A stretch of DNA of 64,000 nt, taken from UHGV virus genome UHGV-0277313; one strand, written 5' to 3'. The notes under the pieces are model-generated. The model was given only the letters and a program-made list of their open reading frames with translations. It made no database searches and was not told the origin of the DNA. Numbering within the stretch: the stretch's first letter is position 1; each line of letters begins with the position of its first letter. The position numbers and the translations under genes are program-made. Shown piece after piece: positions 54,703 to 63,397 of this stretch. The stretch comes from a virus.

Positions 54703-54990
54703 ATGAACATAGAAAATGAATTAAAACACAAAGCTTGTAACATAGACTTATTCACAAAAAAGGCGGTTGAAGATGTTGCGGCTTTAGGGGAGTACACCGG
54801 TTTGTTGCTTGACCTGTCAAATCAAATTCAAATGGAAATGGAGATGTTGCGTGAGCAGAATAAAAAACTTAAAGAAACTCTGGAGTTCTATGCTTCCGGA
54901 CAGCACATCGACTCAATTTCAACCGGAAGTTCATATTCAATTAGAATTGAAGACGGAACGAAAGCTAAAGATTGCTTAAAGGAGATATGA
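54703..54990 (+). CDS. hypothetical coiled-coil protein (C-terminus KAKDCLKEI)
   Basis: ORF from ATG after ggagtgcggactATG. Confidence 0.5.
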   Translation: MNIENELKHKACNIDLFTKKAVEDVAALGEYTGLLLDLSNQIQMEMEMLREQNKKLKETLEFYASGQHIDSISTGSSYSIRIEDGTKAKDCLKEI

Positions 54991-54992
54991 AC

Positions 54993-55577
54993 ATGATTAC
55001 ATTTAACGGATCTCAAAAACAATTTTTTAAGGCTTATCCAAAAGAAAAGAGAAGCTTGAAAGAAACATATAAGCTTATCAATTCTGCTGGTGAAATTGAA
55101 TACAAATTTATCGGTGGTCTTGGTGAGAAATGTTTCAAGAAGTTCGTAAAGAATGATACTGAGTTGAAAGAAATAGAAAACATTAAAAAGAAAGAAACCA
55201 AACCAAAAAGAAAAATACTACTAAAATGGGAAGAAAAATGGGAAGAAAAATATGGTAGAAGCTTTGATGAAATGTGGAGCGAAATGGTGTGGGAACATGG
55301 TTTCACTACATCGAATGAAGATGCGTATTCTTGTTTAAAAGATGCATATGATAATATACAGGATATCCTGACAGATGAAGAAAAAGTATGTTGTGAACAT
55401 ATTCTTGAAATATTCAAAGTTTTTGGGAAACTTCCAACAGAAGATTACTATGACTTTTTTGTAAAGGTATCAAAAAGAATAAAAAAATCTAAGATAAAGG
55501 AAAAATGGGATAAAGCTTGTGTAAGTTATGTTTACTATTATTGGGATTATCAAAACTATCTTGAAAGTAGTTATTAA
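54993..55577 (+). CDS. MIEF-family paralog 3
   Basis: MITFNGSQKQFFKAYPKEKRSLKETYKLI...GEKCFKK N-domain. Confidence 0.6.
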   Translation: MITFNGSQKQFFKAYPKEKRSLKETYKLINSAGEIEYKFIGGLGEKCFKKFVKNDTELKEIENIKKKETKPKRKILLKWEEKWEEKYGRSFDEMWSEMVWEHGFTTSNEDAYSCLKDAYDNIQDILTDEEKVCCEHILEIFKVFGKLPTEDYYDFFVKVSKRIKKSKIKEKWDKACVSYVYYYWDYQNYLESSY

Positions 55578-55598
55578 TAAAAGAAAAGGAGGCTGAAT

Positions 55599-55799
55599 AT
55601 GAAGAAATGTAAAAATTGTTGCGGAAACGTCATTGATATTGTGGAAAAGGTGCGAACTATCATAACGCCTGTTGGACACAATGAACGGCCTTTTGGTAGT
55701 GTATTTGTAGCAAGATGTCCAAATTGTCGTTCGGAATCTTCACGCTATTTGACGGAAGAAGAAGCTGAAACAAAAGGCGTTGCCGAGGTGTTTGAATAG
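55599..55799 (+). CDS. small zinc-ribbon protein
   Basis: CKNCCGN ... CPNCRSE. Confidence 0.5.
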   Translation: MKKCKNCCGNVIDIVEKVRTIITPVGHNERPFGSVFVARCPNCRSESSRYLTEEEAETKGVAEVFE

Positions 55800-55810
55800 G
55801 TAGGTAAATC

Positions 55811-55993
55811 ATGAGTAATCAACGAGATATAATTATATGGAAGCTCGACAAAGACCTTGCTAAAGCTCGCTTAGCTTTGGCTAAGATACATGTGATAATA
55901 GACAAGATTCCCTTTTGGAATGCAGATATAGCAGAAATTGAAAAAGTTCTGCAGGAGTTTTTTGAAGATGATGAAAAGGCTGAAAGGAAATGA
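55811..55993 (+). CDS. hypothetical protein
   Basis: 60-aa ORF, SD ataggtaggtaaatcATG. Confidence 0.45.
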   Translation: MSNQRDIIIWKLDKDLAKARLALAKIHVIIDKIPFWNADIAEIEKVLQEFFEDDEKAERK

Positions 55994-56307
55994 ATATGAA
56001 TTTTAACATTGGTAAACCTTTAGATGAAGTGTTAAAAGACATCGCGAACATTGCTAGAAGTTATGACGATGATAAAAAGAAGCTTCCGTTGAATAATAAG
56101 TTTCTTCAAAAGGTAACAGAATACATTGCTAATTTCACAAAAGATGAACAGTGGACTGATGCCAAAAGAGACTTGTTGTTCGATTGTTTGATTTCGCAAG
56201 CTGCATGTGAACGTCATTTTTATGATTTGATTAATGAACCGGATCTAGCAATCTTTTATTATCATATTCAATGTTCTTTATCAACTGTGAAATGTAATAT
56301 GGTATGA
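55990..56307 (+). CDS. hypothetical protein
   Basis: 105-aa ORF, ATGA overlap. Confidence 0.5.
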   Translation: MNMNFNIGKPLDEVLKDIANIARSYDDDKKKLPLNNKFLQKVTEYIANFTKDEQWTDAKRDLLFDCLISQAACERHFYDLINEPDLAIFYYHIQCSLSTVKCNMV

Positions 56308-56630
56308 AGAAACTATTGACATTGGTCTTTTTTGTTGGTATACTATGTGTATCAAATAAAGCAAGGGGTGGATGGACATCTATTCAATCTGAAATGTTTT
56401 TTGCAGGGTGTAGTGATGAATGTATCAGTGCAAGTGAGACAGTATCGGATTTAGTGAATGTACATTCATATTGTGAATGTTTCTGTCATGAGATACTTCA
56501 TAATTCTAAATCATTTTATCAAGCGAATCAATTCGTTCAGAATGCTTTAGATGGTGTTGAGAAGGAAAGAAAGCGATTCGATGAAATGATGTATCAATGT
56601 TTTGTCATTAATCAAAAAGGAGAGTTTTAA
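56304..56630 (+). CDS. secreted/lipoprotein-like Cys-containing protein
   Basis: signal-peptide-like MKKLLTLVFFVGILCVS then 8 Cys in mature part. Confidence 0.5.
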   Translation: MKKLLTLVFFVGILCVSNKARGGWTSIQSEMFFAGCSDECISASETVSDLVNVHSYCECFCHEILHNSKSFYQANQFVQNALDGVEKERKRFDEMMYQCFVINQKGEF

Positions 56631-56732
56631 ATGACAACAGAGTTTAAAGAAATGCTGATGTTTATCGGCAAGTTCAGTCTTGCATCAATTGCAGGTGGTG
56701 TTCTTGTTTCGGCAATCATTTGGTATTTGTAA
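56631..56732 (+). CDS. 33-aa hydrophobic single-TM peptide
   Basis: MTTEFKEMLMFIGKFSLASIAGGVLVSAIIWYL, SD aaaaggagagttttaaATG; below track cutoff. Confidence 0.35.
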   Translation: MTTEFKEMLMFIGKFSLASIAGGVLVSAIIWYL

Positions 56733-56758
56733 GAATAATGTGAAAGGAAGAAAAAGAG

Positions 56759-57304
56759 ATGTTTAAGATTTGGAAATTAAAACAGGAAAAACGGGAAAGA
56801 AAAATGGTACTGGAACATCGCGAAAAGATGCATAATGATTTCGTGAAGAATGAATATCAGTGTTTCGAGATGGTTCGTAATCGTGGTAAACAGTTCAGTA
56901 AAGCTATTGATGCTTTGAATATATGTTTCGTAGAAATGTGTTGGGCAGTTTATCAAAAGAACGAAAGTTTTAATGACATTTATGCATTCATCAAAGCTTT
57001 ATATAATTATACACACACATCCGATCTTGTCAAAGATATTGTCGAGCTGAATGACAAATTGTTTAAAGTTGAAAGTTTGATGGAGAAACATCTTCGTGAA
57101 ACTTCTGAACTGAAAACGAAAAAGTTGAAAGCTATTGATATTTCTGAACCGGCTGAATTGGCTGAATTGCAAGAATGGGAAAATAAACGGGAAGAAGAAT
57201 ATAATGACCTGGCAACATTGTTTCATGAAATCGATTCTTCTGTAACAGCTAAACGTTCAGCTTGTGTTGACGAAATCTTTCGTATCTTTACCCGCATGAA
57301 ATGA
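56759..57304 (+). CDS. hypothetical protein
   Basis: 181-aa ORF, SD ggaagaaaaagagATG. Confidence 0.55.
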   Translation: MFKIWKLKQEKRERKMVLEHREKMHNDFVKNEYQCFEMVRNRGKQFSKAIDALNICFVEMCWAVYQKNESFNDIYAFIKALYNYTHTSDLVKDIVELNDKLFKVESLMEKHLRETSELKTKKLKAIDISEPAELAELQEWENKREEEYNDLATLFHEIDSSVTAKRSACVDEIFRIFTRMK

Positions 57305-57311
57305 CTTTAAG

Positions 57312-57385
57312 ACTCTAGGATAGCTTCTGGGATGATTTAGGTCTAGTTATACCTGAAACATTGTCCGGCTATTCTAGAGCCTTTA
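57312..57385 (+). terminator. terminator-like structure (long-range 12-bp pairing then T-run)
   Basis: ctctaggatagc ... gctattctagag followed by cctttattttgtcttt. Confidence 0.45.
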
Positions 57386-57412
57386 TTTTGTCTTTATGAA
57401 AGGATTAGACAA

Positions 57413-57583
57413 ATGAAGAAGAAGTTGTTGTTGAGTGTAATGATTGTTATGACATGTTTTGTCACTGATGCCTATGCACAACGCGGGTGTTGCAGTTGGC
57501 ATGGTGGTGTAAGTGGTTGTACTATCAGTGGCCGTGTCATATGCAATGATGGTACGCTGTCACCGAGTTGTACGTGCAGATAG
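57413..57583 (+). CDS. secreted Cys-rich peptide precursor (signal peptide + 34-aa, 6-Cys mature peptide)
   Basis: MKKKLLLSVMIVMTCFVTDAYA | QRGCCSWHGGVSGCTISGRVICNDGTLSPSCTCR; SD aaaggattagacaaATG; below track cutoff. Confidence 0.5.
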   Translation: MKKKLLLSVMIVMTCFVTDAYAQRGCCSWHGGVSGCTISGRVICNDGTLSPSCTCR

Positions 57584-57598
57584 TGAAAGATTAATTCT

Positions 57599-57922
57599 AT
57601 GTACCTGATTAACTTCTGGACACATATGTTTGACTTCAAAGGCAATATTGGGGTTTTTGAATTCTGGATTCCTATTGTCTTTTATCACTTTGCTTTTTAT
57701 GTAACAGGATTTTTACCTGAAAATTTGTTTGAAGTCGTCGTGTCTTTTTACATCATTGGATATCTGATTGCTTCTATTTCTTCCGGTGTTCGTAGATTGC
57801 ACGATATTGACTTTTCAGGGTTCTGGATCTTTTTAGGTTTTCTTCCTGTATTTAATGTGGCTTTGACTATGATGTGGCTTTTGCCGTCTAGTGTAGTAAA
57901 AGAAAATTGTTGCATAGAATAA
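57599..57922 (+). CDS. DUF805-family inner-membrane protein
   Basis: TM helices plus signature SGVRRLHDIDFSGFW (RRLHD..SGW motif). Confidence 0.6.
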   Translation: MYLINFWTHMFDFKGNIGVFEFWIPIVFYHFAFYVTGFLPENLFEVVVSFYIIGYLIASISSGVRRLHDIDFSGFWIFLGFLPVFNVALTMMWLLPSSVVKENCCIE

Positions 57923-57960
57923 TGACTGAAGAAAAAGGGTTGTTGAAGGAGATTCGAAAT

Positions 57961-58155
57961 ATGTCTGATTATGGTGCTAAACTTCCAATTATTATTCACA
58001 TCGGACAACAGTTTAAAAAGAATGGTATTGTCTATGAAGTGAAAGCTCAAACAACATCAAGCGTGTTAATAAAAAATACGACTACAGGAAAACAGGAATG
58101 GAAACCGATTGAATCTTTGGGAGGAAATGCAGGTGGCTGTGAAATTGTTGGCTGA
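57961..58155 (+). CDS. hypothetical protein (alternative start 57922)
   Basis: SD aaggagattcgaaatATG at 57961; listed ORF extends upstream overlapping previous gene. Confidence 0.45.
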   Translation: MSDYGAKLPIIIHIGQQFKKNGIVYEVKAQTTSSVLIKNTTTGKQEWKPIESLGGNAGGCEIVG

Positions 58156-58271
58156 ATGTAAATAAAATAATAGTGAAGAAAAACTGTTGACAAAGAATAG
58201 TAATTTGTGTTTTATTATTTTTTAGGGGTTAATCGTTAACTAAATTAAATTGCTATTAGGAGGAGAATTAC

Positions 58272-58637
58272 ATGGCACATTTAAGTTTTTGTTCTAATCT
58301 GTTCATCTATTTTGTGATCGGATTTTCAACATACAAATTAGGGGTTGAAACAACTTGGTCTATTGGTTTGTTTTATCTGTCTTCAGTGTTGTTGATTATC
58401 ATGTGTGTTGAACGTGAATTGGGTGCTAAAAGGGAAGATGAATTAGAAAGGTTGTTGAAAAAGAACAACATCGACTTTTATGATGAAGACGAAGAAAACA
58501 TTAATGCACTTGAAGAAGCTGTTACTCAATTGAAAAATTTGAGAAAAACATTTAAGAAGAATAAAGAAGCAGATAAAGTTAAAGATGATAAAGATGAAGT
58601 AACGTCTGTATCTGAAGAAACTAAACAGTCAGAATAA
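58272..58637 (+). CDS. membrane protein with acidic/basic C-terminal tail
   Basis: two N-terminal TM segments; SD ttaggaggagaattacATG. Confidence 0.55.
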   Translation: MAHLSFCSNLFIYFVIGFSTYKLGVETTWSIGLFYLSSVLLIIMCVERELGAKREDELERLLKKNNIDFYDEDEENINALEEAVTQLKNLRKTFKKNKEADKVKDDKDEVTSVSEETKQSE

Positions 58638-58667
58638 CTATCTTCTGTAATCATCTATCTAAACAAC

Positions 58668-58705
58668 AAAAAGCAAGAGTGTGAAATATAACCCTTGCTT
58701 TTATT
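58668..58705 (+). terminator. intrinsic terminator
   Basis: aagcaag-agtgtgaaatataaccc-ttgctt + ttattt. Confidence 0.55.
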
Positions 58706-58721
58706 TATGGGATGAAAGGTA

Positions 58722-59012
58722 ATGTTTGACATGTCTATTTACTCTTGGTTAAAAGCTATGACATTAAAAGCAGGTCATTTGCTTAATAAAGATAATGTTC
58801 GTTTTACTGGATGGACAACTGCAAGCTCGACTTTATATTTTCGTTTGTATTATCAATACGGGAATTTTCTCAGTTATGATTATATTCTTGCTGATCCTTT
58901 GATACAACAGCTGTCTATCGAACAAATATTGAGTGATGGGATTGTTTTTAAATACGAAGATAATTTCTTAACGATAGAAGAAATAGGAAACGAAGCGTTC
59001 AATAAAATTTAG
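58722..59012 (+). CDS. hypothetical protein (C-terminus IGNEAFNKI)
   Basis: 96-aa ORF, SD gaaaggtaATG. Confidence 0.55.
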   Translation: MFDMSIYSWLKAMTLKAGHLLNKDNVRFTGWTTASSTLYFRLYYQYGNFLSYDYILADPLIQQLSIEQILSDGIVFKYEDNFLTIEEIGNEAFNKI

Positions 59013-59029
59013 ATAGAAAGGAAATAGCA

Positions 59030-59329
59030 ATGCGAATAGGCGATGATAAAATTCTTGATATCTTAAATGAAAAAGCAGCAGATATCATCATTGAAGGGTG
59101 TAAGGTTCATTTCACTAAACTGATTCAATTTAATCTTAATCAATGGTACACTGTCTTTAATTACAAAAGAGGAAAAGGCTGCTGTGAAGAGTCAGATATT
59201 ATCTATATCGATCATGCGATTATGGATACTGATGTTGATGTTTTAGAAAGAGGTGCGACTACATTTAAATTTAAAAATAATTATTTAACAATAAGTAATA
59301 TAGGAAAAGAAACCCTTAACAACATTTAA
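59030..59329 (+). CDS. hypothetical protein (C-terminus IGKETLNNI)
   Basis: 99-aa ORF, SD gaaaggaaatagcaATG. Confidence 0.55.
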   Translation: MRIGDDKILDILNEKAADIIIEGCKVHFTKLIQFNLNQWYTVFNYKRGKGCCEESDIIYIDHAIMDTDVDVLERGATTFKFKNNYLTISNIGKETLNNI

Positions 59330-59493
59330 CATATATTTTACAGACACTCAACTTTAAGTTGCTGTTCTATAGTATATGCATTTTCGCCATTTTGGCTTTT
59401 TTGATTTCCACAAATGGTTGTATAAATATATGATGAATAATACGGTATTTATGTTTAAGTACCAATTATTCAGTTTTGGAATAGTTGATTGCT

Positions 59494-60144
59494 TCAGCTA
59501 TCAATCTTTCTGACAGGAACATTGATTCCTTCCTGTAACGAAGCAAGCAGGTACATCAGATTACCTTTAGTAAGATTAACGTCAGGCCAAATACCGTATT
59601 CAATCAACGGATAAGCTTTATGTAGTTCAGACCATCTGTCAATCTTCTTGATGAATGTTTCAATCTGAAGGATGTCACGGCTTTCTTCAAGTAAACGATC
59701 ACCTGCGTATTCAATTTTATTCCATTCATCAATAACCTGTTCTTTTGTCTTTGTCAGAACAGGTTTAGGAATCGTTACAATAACTTCATCATCACCGTCA
59801 GGTATGTGCGCAGGTTCTTCTTTAATCGTTGCTGTAGCGTCTTTATTTTCAATTGTAGACGGTGTTTCTGTTACTTCTGTGACTGTTGTAGCTTTACCTA
59901 ATTTTAAAGCTTTATAGTCAGCCCATCTTTTTGTTACAGCGGCACGTGCTTTATCACTTCTATCTTTATATTTTTTATTCTGTTTATCTAGCATGTATTT
60001 GATAATTGTCCATGCTTTGCAATCTTCAACAACATAATCAGGGTAATAAATAATTCCTTTCATTATTTCCATCTGTTTGTCTGTCGGCAATGTGGAAATG
60101 ATGTCTTTGAATTCCGGTTCAATCGAAACTTTATAGCTTCCCAT
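59494..60144 (-). CDS. hypothetical protein (isolated minus-strand gene)
   Basis: 216-aa ORF; own promoter at 60190..60218 on minus strand. Confidence 0.55.
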   Translation of the reverse strand: MGSYKVSIEPEFKDIISTLPTDKQMEIMKGIIYYPDYVVEDCKAWTIIKYMLDKQNKKYKDRSDKARAAVTKRWADYKALKLGKATTVTEVTETPSTIENKDATATIKEEPAHIPDGDDEVIVTIPKPVLTKTKEQVIDEWNKIEYAGDRLLEESRDILQIETFIKKIDRWSELHKAYPLIEYGIWPDVNLTKGNLMYLLASLQEGINVPVRKIDS

Positions 60145-60189
60145 TTTTTAAAATAGCCTTTATACAATTGTGAATAAAAATATAGGTAA

Positions 60190-60218
60190 ACTATATGAAA
60201 TAGAATCACTGTTGTCAA
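60190..60218 (-). promoter_or_regulatory. sigma70 consensus promoter on minus strand (TTGACA-N17-TATAGT)
   Basis: reverse complement reads ttgacaacagtgattctatttcatatagt, about 45 nt upstream of the 60144 start. Confidence 0.6.
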
Positions 60219-60354
60219 TATCTTTTTTTGTTCACTGTATCTTTTTACAATTATATGATAAGTGTACATTGTTTACATTTCATACGTTCGTATAATTCGT
60301 ATGGTATCTATAGGTGTGTAAAAATGTTTAATCATCATATTTAACAATAAAGAC

Positions 60355-60383
60355 TTGACAAATATGTGGCTATATGATAAGTT
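60355..60383 (+). promoter_or_regulatory. sigma70-like promoter (TTGACA-N17-TAAGTT)
   Basis: ttgacaaatatgtggctatatgataagtt upstream of 60415 gene; divergent from the minus promoter. Confidence 0.5.
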
Positions 60384-60414
60384 GATGTTTGTAAATTAAT
60401 AGAAAGGAAGACTA

Positions 60415-60744
60415 ATGCCTATTTGTTATGTGTGTGAATCAAGTTTAGCATTGCCTAAAGGAGTATCGACTGAAGAATGTAATTTGTCGATAGATGAAAC
60501 AATACAGAAAGCTGAAGAAGTTGCAATGACAGGAGAGTATGTTTATACTATGTCACCTTTCTTTCTTCAGTCGTTGGTTTTGTTTGCTGATCAAAAAGGT
60601 GTCTTGAATCGTTGGTATTTTATATTATTGCATGACAACGGTTCAAAAGAAGACAAGACAGATAAACGTGAAGATTTGTTTGCAATGATGACATCCCCGT
60701 TGGATCGTTTATTCATGGTCCCTTTTAATGAGGATAATGAATGA
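60415..60744 (+). CDS. hypothetical protein, paralog of 51650..52168 product
   Basis: MPICYVCESSLALPK...NLSIDE...YTMSPFFLQSL shared block. Confidence 0.55.
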   Translation: MPICYVCESSLALPKGVSTEECNLSIDETIQKAEEVAMTGEYVYTMSPFFLQSLVLFADQKGVLNRWYFILLHDNGSKEDKTDKREDLFAMMTSPLDRLFMVPFNEDNE

Positions 60745-60958
60745 GTATTGATTTATTTGGTTATTAATTACCTGTAGAATGTCGTACTATTTTAGCAAGA
60801 CTATTAAATGATATTCATTGTAAATCAGATTTGCTAGATCGTTTGATGAAAGAAGATATTTGTGTCACTGTTGAAGACTTTAAAGTTGTGGAAAGTACAA
60901 TCGGAAACAAGTGTTTAGATAGAGTGTAAACTATCATGACAACTTTGGAAGATGATAA

Positions 60959-61330
60959 ATGATTGAGAAAATTGATAAAGATGATTTGATAAAGCTCAAG
61001 AAGATTATACATAAACTTAAGGGTGTATCATTCAGCAGAAATATCCAATTGGATGATGGTCGTACTGTATTGTGTAAAGCTATCATGACGGGTAAGTTGA
61101 TGAAGCTAAAGGGTTTAGAAACAATATACACACAAAACAATATACTATTCATTGCCAATTGTGATGTCATTGTTAATGATGTAACTAAACATAGGAATCA
61201 AGGGTTTGAGATGTTTATCCAAAGAGATTTATTCAACTTAAAGGATGTAGATAAGGCTGACTTTAAACTGAATGATAAATTTAGAGTAATTCTAAAGGAT
61301 TTATCTGAAGAGACTTTAGACAATATTTGA
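60959..61330 (+). CDS. hypothetical protein (C-terminus LSEETLDNI)
   Basis: 123-aa ORF. Confidence 0.5.
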   Translation: MIEKIDKDDLIKLKKIIHKLKGVSFSRNIQLDDGRTVLCKAIMTGKLMKLKGLETIYTQNNILFIANCDVIVNDVTKHRNQGFEMFIQRDLFNLKDVDKADFKLNDKFRVILKDLSEETLDNI

Positions 61331-61340
61331 GGTGTCTTAA

Positions 61341-61799
61341 ATGATTGATAGAAATGATGGGTTATACATACAACAAACAAAGAAGTTGTGCAATGTCAAA
61401 AGCACAAAGAGTAGAGTTGTTGGTTGTAAAGGGTTTATTCTAAATAGATTTGATAGACGCCGTTTGAATAAGCTGATTGCTATTTTCGGTAATCGGTTCT
61501 TTTGTTTAAAGGTAAATTATTTAAGTAGGTCTTACACTTTTGAGTTTAATCTTCAGAGATGTGAACGTGTATCATATTTTGAACATGGCTCAGGATATTT
61601 TGAAAATGACTCAGAATATGAAGTGGTGTTTAGTTGTACAGATAGGAGAAATAGGTCATTCATTGTTCATGAATCTTTATGGAATGATTTGTTAAAATTT
61701 AGGAATGACTGTATAGAATTTACTTTAGAAGAATATTGTGATGATTTGCTATATGTGAAAACTTTAGATTTAGGTTCCTGTACATTAAACGAGATTTAG
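61341..61799 (+). CDS. hypothetical protein (C-terminus LGSCTLNEI)
   Basis: 152-aa ORF, SD gaggtgtcttaaATG. Confidence 0.55.
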   Translation: MIDRNDGLYIQQTKKLCNVKSTKSRVVGCKGFILNRFDRRRLNKLIAIFGNRFFCLKVNYLSRSYTFEFNLQRCERVSYFEHGSGYFENDSEYEVVFSCTDRRNRSFIVHESLWNDLLKFRNDCIEFTLEEYCDDLLYVKTLDLGSCTLNEI

Positions 61800-61807
61800 G
61801 TAGTTAC

Positions 61808-62152
61808 ATGTGTGACAAGAAGCTATTAATAGACAACATCGCTATTCTATCAGATTGGTTAAAAGGAAGGAAGGTTCCGGTTCTTGGTGGCAGTTTTACA
61901 ACATTACAAGAAACGGATCTTGATTTAGACCTTGAAACACATGATGGTTTGATCCTATTGGATTATGGCTTCACATTCTTGCAACAGGAATATGGCTGTT
62001 GTTCAGTGGCTATATCTAAAAAAGTACTTGAATCATTAAACAAAGTTGACAAAAGTCTGTTTAGGTTATATGTTAATGAAGATGATATCAGGAGATATTT
62101 CTTAAGGTTTGACATTGCGAATGTTAACGAAGAGTATTTAGAAGGATTGTGA
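61808..62152 (+). CDS. hypothetical protein (C-terminus EEYLEGL)
   Basis: 114-aa ORF. Confidence 0.5.
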   Translation: MCDKKLLIDNIAILSDWLKGRKVPVLGGSFTTLQETDLDLDLETHDGLILLDYGFTFLQQEYGCCSVAISKKVLESLNKVDKSLFRLYVNEDDIRRYFLRFDIANVNEEYLEGL

Positions 62153-62153
62153 C

Positions 62154-62501
62154 ATGATTGAAGATGTGACTGATGTAAAGTGTTTACAAAAGCTGACTGC
62201 TATTGTAGAAATTTTAAAAGACACTGTTGTTTTAAATACTTTGCGAGGTGTTACAATGTGTCCGAATAAATATGTTATTCTTGATCAAGCCGGTAGTGCG
62301 ACATATTGGACGAATATTTATTTCTATGAGATCCCCGTTTATGTAAAAATGACTGATGATGATAAAGAAGTTATTAGGGTTTCTTCTTTTTACATGAAGA
62401 AAGACGACGTAGATAATTATCGTATAGGTGATCCTTTATATGTGGATGACTATATTATTTACTTGAAGGATTTGGGCATTGCAGTTTTAGACGAGTTGTG
62501 A
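62154..62501 (+). CDS. hypothetical protein (C-terminus LGIAVLDEL)
   Basis: 115-aa ORF; SD gaaggattgtgacATG embedded in previous gene's last codons. Confidence 0.55.
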   Translation: MIEDVTDVKCLQKLTAIVEILKDTVVLNTLRGVTMCPNKYVILDQAGSATYWTNIYFYEIPVYVKMTDDDKEVIRVSSFYMKKDDVDNYRIGDPLYVDDYIIYLKDLGIAVLDEL

Positions 62502-62502
62502 T

Positions 62503-62874
62503 CTAAATGTTTTCTAAACATAAATGACCCACTTCCTTTTCGACTATTTTAGTAACTTCATCCGGATCATCTGTAACTATAATTTCATTCGCTTTGATTG
62601 TATCAAGTCGTTGTACAATATGATCACTGATATAAATAATCAATGTTCTATATTGTAATTTTTCATTTTGACATGTGACTTGAACAGGTTGAAAGTTTGG
62701 TATTTTGTTTGATATATATTTATCATACTGTCGTAATATAGCTGATTCAATATAGAATTTATATGTTACATAAGAATTGAGTATATGAAAATAAAAGTGA
62801 AACGGTATGCCTTTTAAAAGGTCAGTCAATAAAATATCTGTTTGTGTAGGATGAAGCATTTTTATTTCTGTCAC
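62503..62874 (-). CDS. hypothetical protein on minus strand (C-terminus VGHLCLENI)
   Basis: 123-aa ORF convergent with 62154 gene; own promoter 62896..62925. Confidence 0.5.
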   Translation of the reverse strand: MTEIKMLHPTQTDILLTDLLKGIPFHFYFHILNSYVTYKFYIESAILRQYDKYISNKIPNFQPVQVTCQNEKLQYRTLIIYISDHIVQRLDTIKANEIIVTDDPDEVTKIVEKEVGHLCLENI

Positions 62875-62895
62875 ATGTTATTTCTATATGTTTAA

Positions 62896-62925
62896 ACTAT
62901 AGAACAATATATGATAGTTTGTCAA
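62896..62925 (-). promoter_or_regulatory. sigma70-like promoter on minus strand (TTGACA-N18-TATAGT)
   Basis: reverse complement reads ttgacaaactatcatatattgttctatagt just upstream of 62874 start. Confidence 0.55.
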
Positions 62926-62998
62926 TGCATTTTTACAGGTTGACAAATAATTGTTTCCTGTGATAGTTTAATATAGTGTTTTTAAATAGGAATGTTAA

Positions 62999-63388
62999 AT
63001 GGTGTCTGATGCATTAAGAATAAAACAAAATCTTTGTATATTGAAAGATTGGTTATATAGTCAATATGTCATCGTATGCAATCCTTTTACAAATCAACAG
63101 GATGATGTAAGACATATCAAATTGTCTGATGAGATTGATGATATCATTTTAATGTTTTTAGGCGATTCAAAAAGTTATGTTGAGTTGATGTGTACAGGAA
63201 TGGTAAATGTTTATACCGTTAATGAAGAAGTGTTTTTAAGGTTGTTCATACCCAAAACATTACTAGAAAAACTAAATGCATTTAGCACAGATTGTTTCAG
63301 AATTAAAAGCAATGAAAAAACGTTTTACAATCACATCATTTATTTTGATCTTAAAGAGTGCAATCTTGTATTATTAGATAGCATTTAG
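62999..63388 (+). CDS. hypothetical protein (C-terminus CNLVLLDSI)
   Basis: 129-aa ORF. Confidence 0.5.
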   Translation: MVSDALRIKQNLCILKDWLYSQYVIVCNPFTNQQDDVRHIKLSDEIDDIILMFLGDSKSYVELMCTGMVNVYTVNEEVFLRLFIPKTLLEKLNAFSTDCFRIKSNEKTFYNHIIYFDLKECNLVLLDSI

Positions 63389-63397
63389 GAGTCAATC

